A stretch of 64,000 nucleotides of DNA, taken from assembly GCF_052425735.1 (NCBI RefSeq), contig NC_135759.1, positions 33,852,001-33,916,000 on the forward strand, read 5' to 3'. Shown here one piece after another: positions 62,849-64,000 of the stretch (its first letter is position 1; each line of letters starts with the position of its first letter). The translations under genes and the position numbers were made by a program. Source of the stretch: Oculina patagonica (Eukaryota). The notes below the pieces were generated by a model. The model was not told where the DNA came from. It was given only the letters and a program-made list of their open reading frames with translations, and ran no database searches.

Positions 62849-64000
62849 GTAAGATATTAGTTGGTGTTTTAGGTTTACGTCATTTGTCTTCAAGCTGTTT
62901 CGATTTCATATCCAGTCTGATCATCACGGGCTTTTTTATGTGATTTTGACAGAGAAGTAGCGTACTATATGCCAGACGTGTTGAGAATGTATTTGATTTT
63001 TAGAGAGGAATACCGAATTTGTGACAGTCATGCGTTCTAATTCACGTGTGAGCTTTAATATTACCGGTGAATTGCCGCCAGAAATTAAAACGTTAGATTA
63101 CGAAAGAAATTCTTGACTTGTAGTGTTTTTACACCTTGTTCGCGAACAACAATCAAGAACAGAATCTTTGTAGTAAATACCACATAATTTTTTTTCTCGA
63201 ATTATGCCGGGGATTCGGAAAAACGCCGGTTGTTTGACAGGCCGGTATTTAATGTTGATAACCATTTCATAATTCGAAGTATTAATTCGCTTTACTTATT
63301 ACCCCGGCGTGGGGGGGGGGGGGGGGGGGGGGGGGGGTACTCCCATATATGGGCTATATATGGGCTATGTATGTGCCGGGGTATAGTGTATGGGTTTTGA
63401 GGTTCTTGGTCTTTACTAAAATAGAGTATCATTTTCGCTCCTTTTGGCATTGTGTTCCTGGTGTGATCCTTAGGTGGGGTACCTAAATTCTATCAGCTAG
63501 AAAAACACCCCGCTAAAGGTAAAGAAAAAAAGGTATCTTAAAACTGAACTATATCTGTTCAAGTATTAGTAAAGTGATTTATAATGATTTGTGTTTTGCG
63601 TGGTTAGCCGTTATTTGCGTCGTCACGAAAGGGAGAGGGAGGTGGGTTTGTAGGTACAGCTCTTTATAAGCTATATAGGTGTATGTGTCTCAGAGGGTTT
63701 GTTTTTATGCAACTTTGGTCTTAAATTAGACATTGAAGTGGTGGTTCAATTTTACCCTCTGTGCAAAGTGGTATTGCTCTTTGTTCTGGTGCATGGTTAT
63801 ATAGATGATAATGAATATAAAACAGGGGAAAATGCCAAATTGTAATAGCACATTTTTATTTTTTTACTTGATTTTTTGTATAAAGAGAAAGAGAAGTTTC
63901 CAAAAGCTATCATGTGATGAGAAAAAGTGCAATTCCATGCTTTACATTTCATAGGTGACCAAATCTAACATGGCTATAGATTTTAGATGCCCGGTCTAAA

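Overview
AT-rich, intron-rich animal genomic DNA. The repeat families suggest an anthozoan, probably a stony coral (inference only). There are two N gaps and some low-quality homopolymer stretches. Manual exon walking with consistent splice phases gives six host genes: GAS2-like (+, 4 coding exons, ~285 aa), SVIP (-, 4 exons, 77 aa), ARFGAP2/3 (-, 3' end near a gap), SYCP1 (+, 35 exons, ~1104 aa, head-to-head with ARFGAP), an M28B glutamate carboxypeptidase II/NAALADase-like gene (-, two paralogous alternative first exons), and STRAP exon 1 (+). Introns and intergenic DNA hold MITEs, hAT-like elements, V-SINE-like elements and a probable non-autonomous Helentron. The best candidate for an undescribed system is a 2.36-kb TIR element (60000-62361) with a perfect 6-bp TSD and AATCGAAC subterminal arrays. 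It has no transposase but carries two intact divergent genes: a spliced HIRAN-like protein and a HeH/SAP-like protein with hydrophobic C-terminal segments. Other highlights are SILK+RVxF and FGF motifs and six consecutive 63-nt exons in SYCP1, a cysteine-less GAR domain with a His6 tail in GAS2, and a GAS2-SVIP arrangement matching human 11p14.
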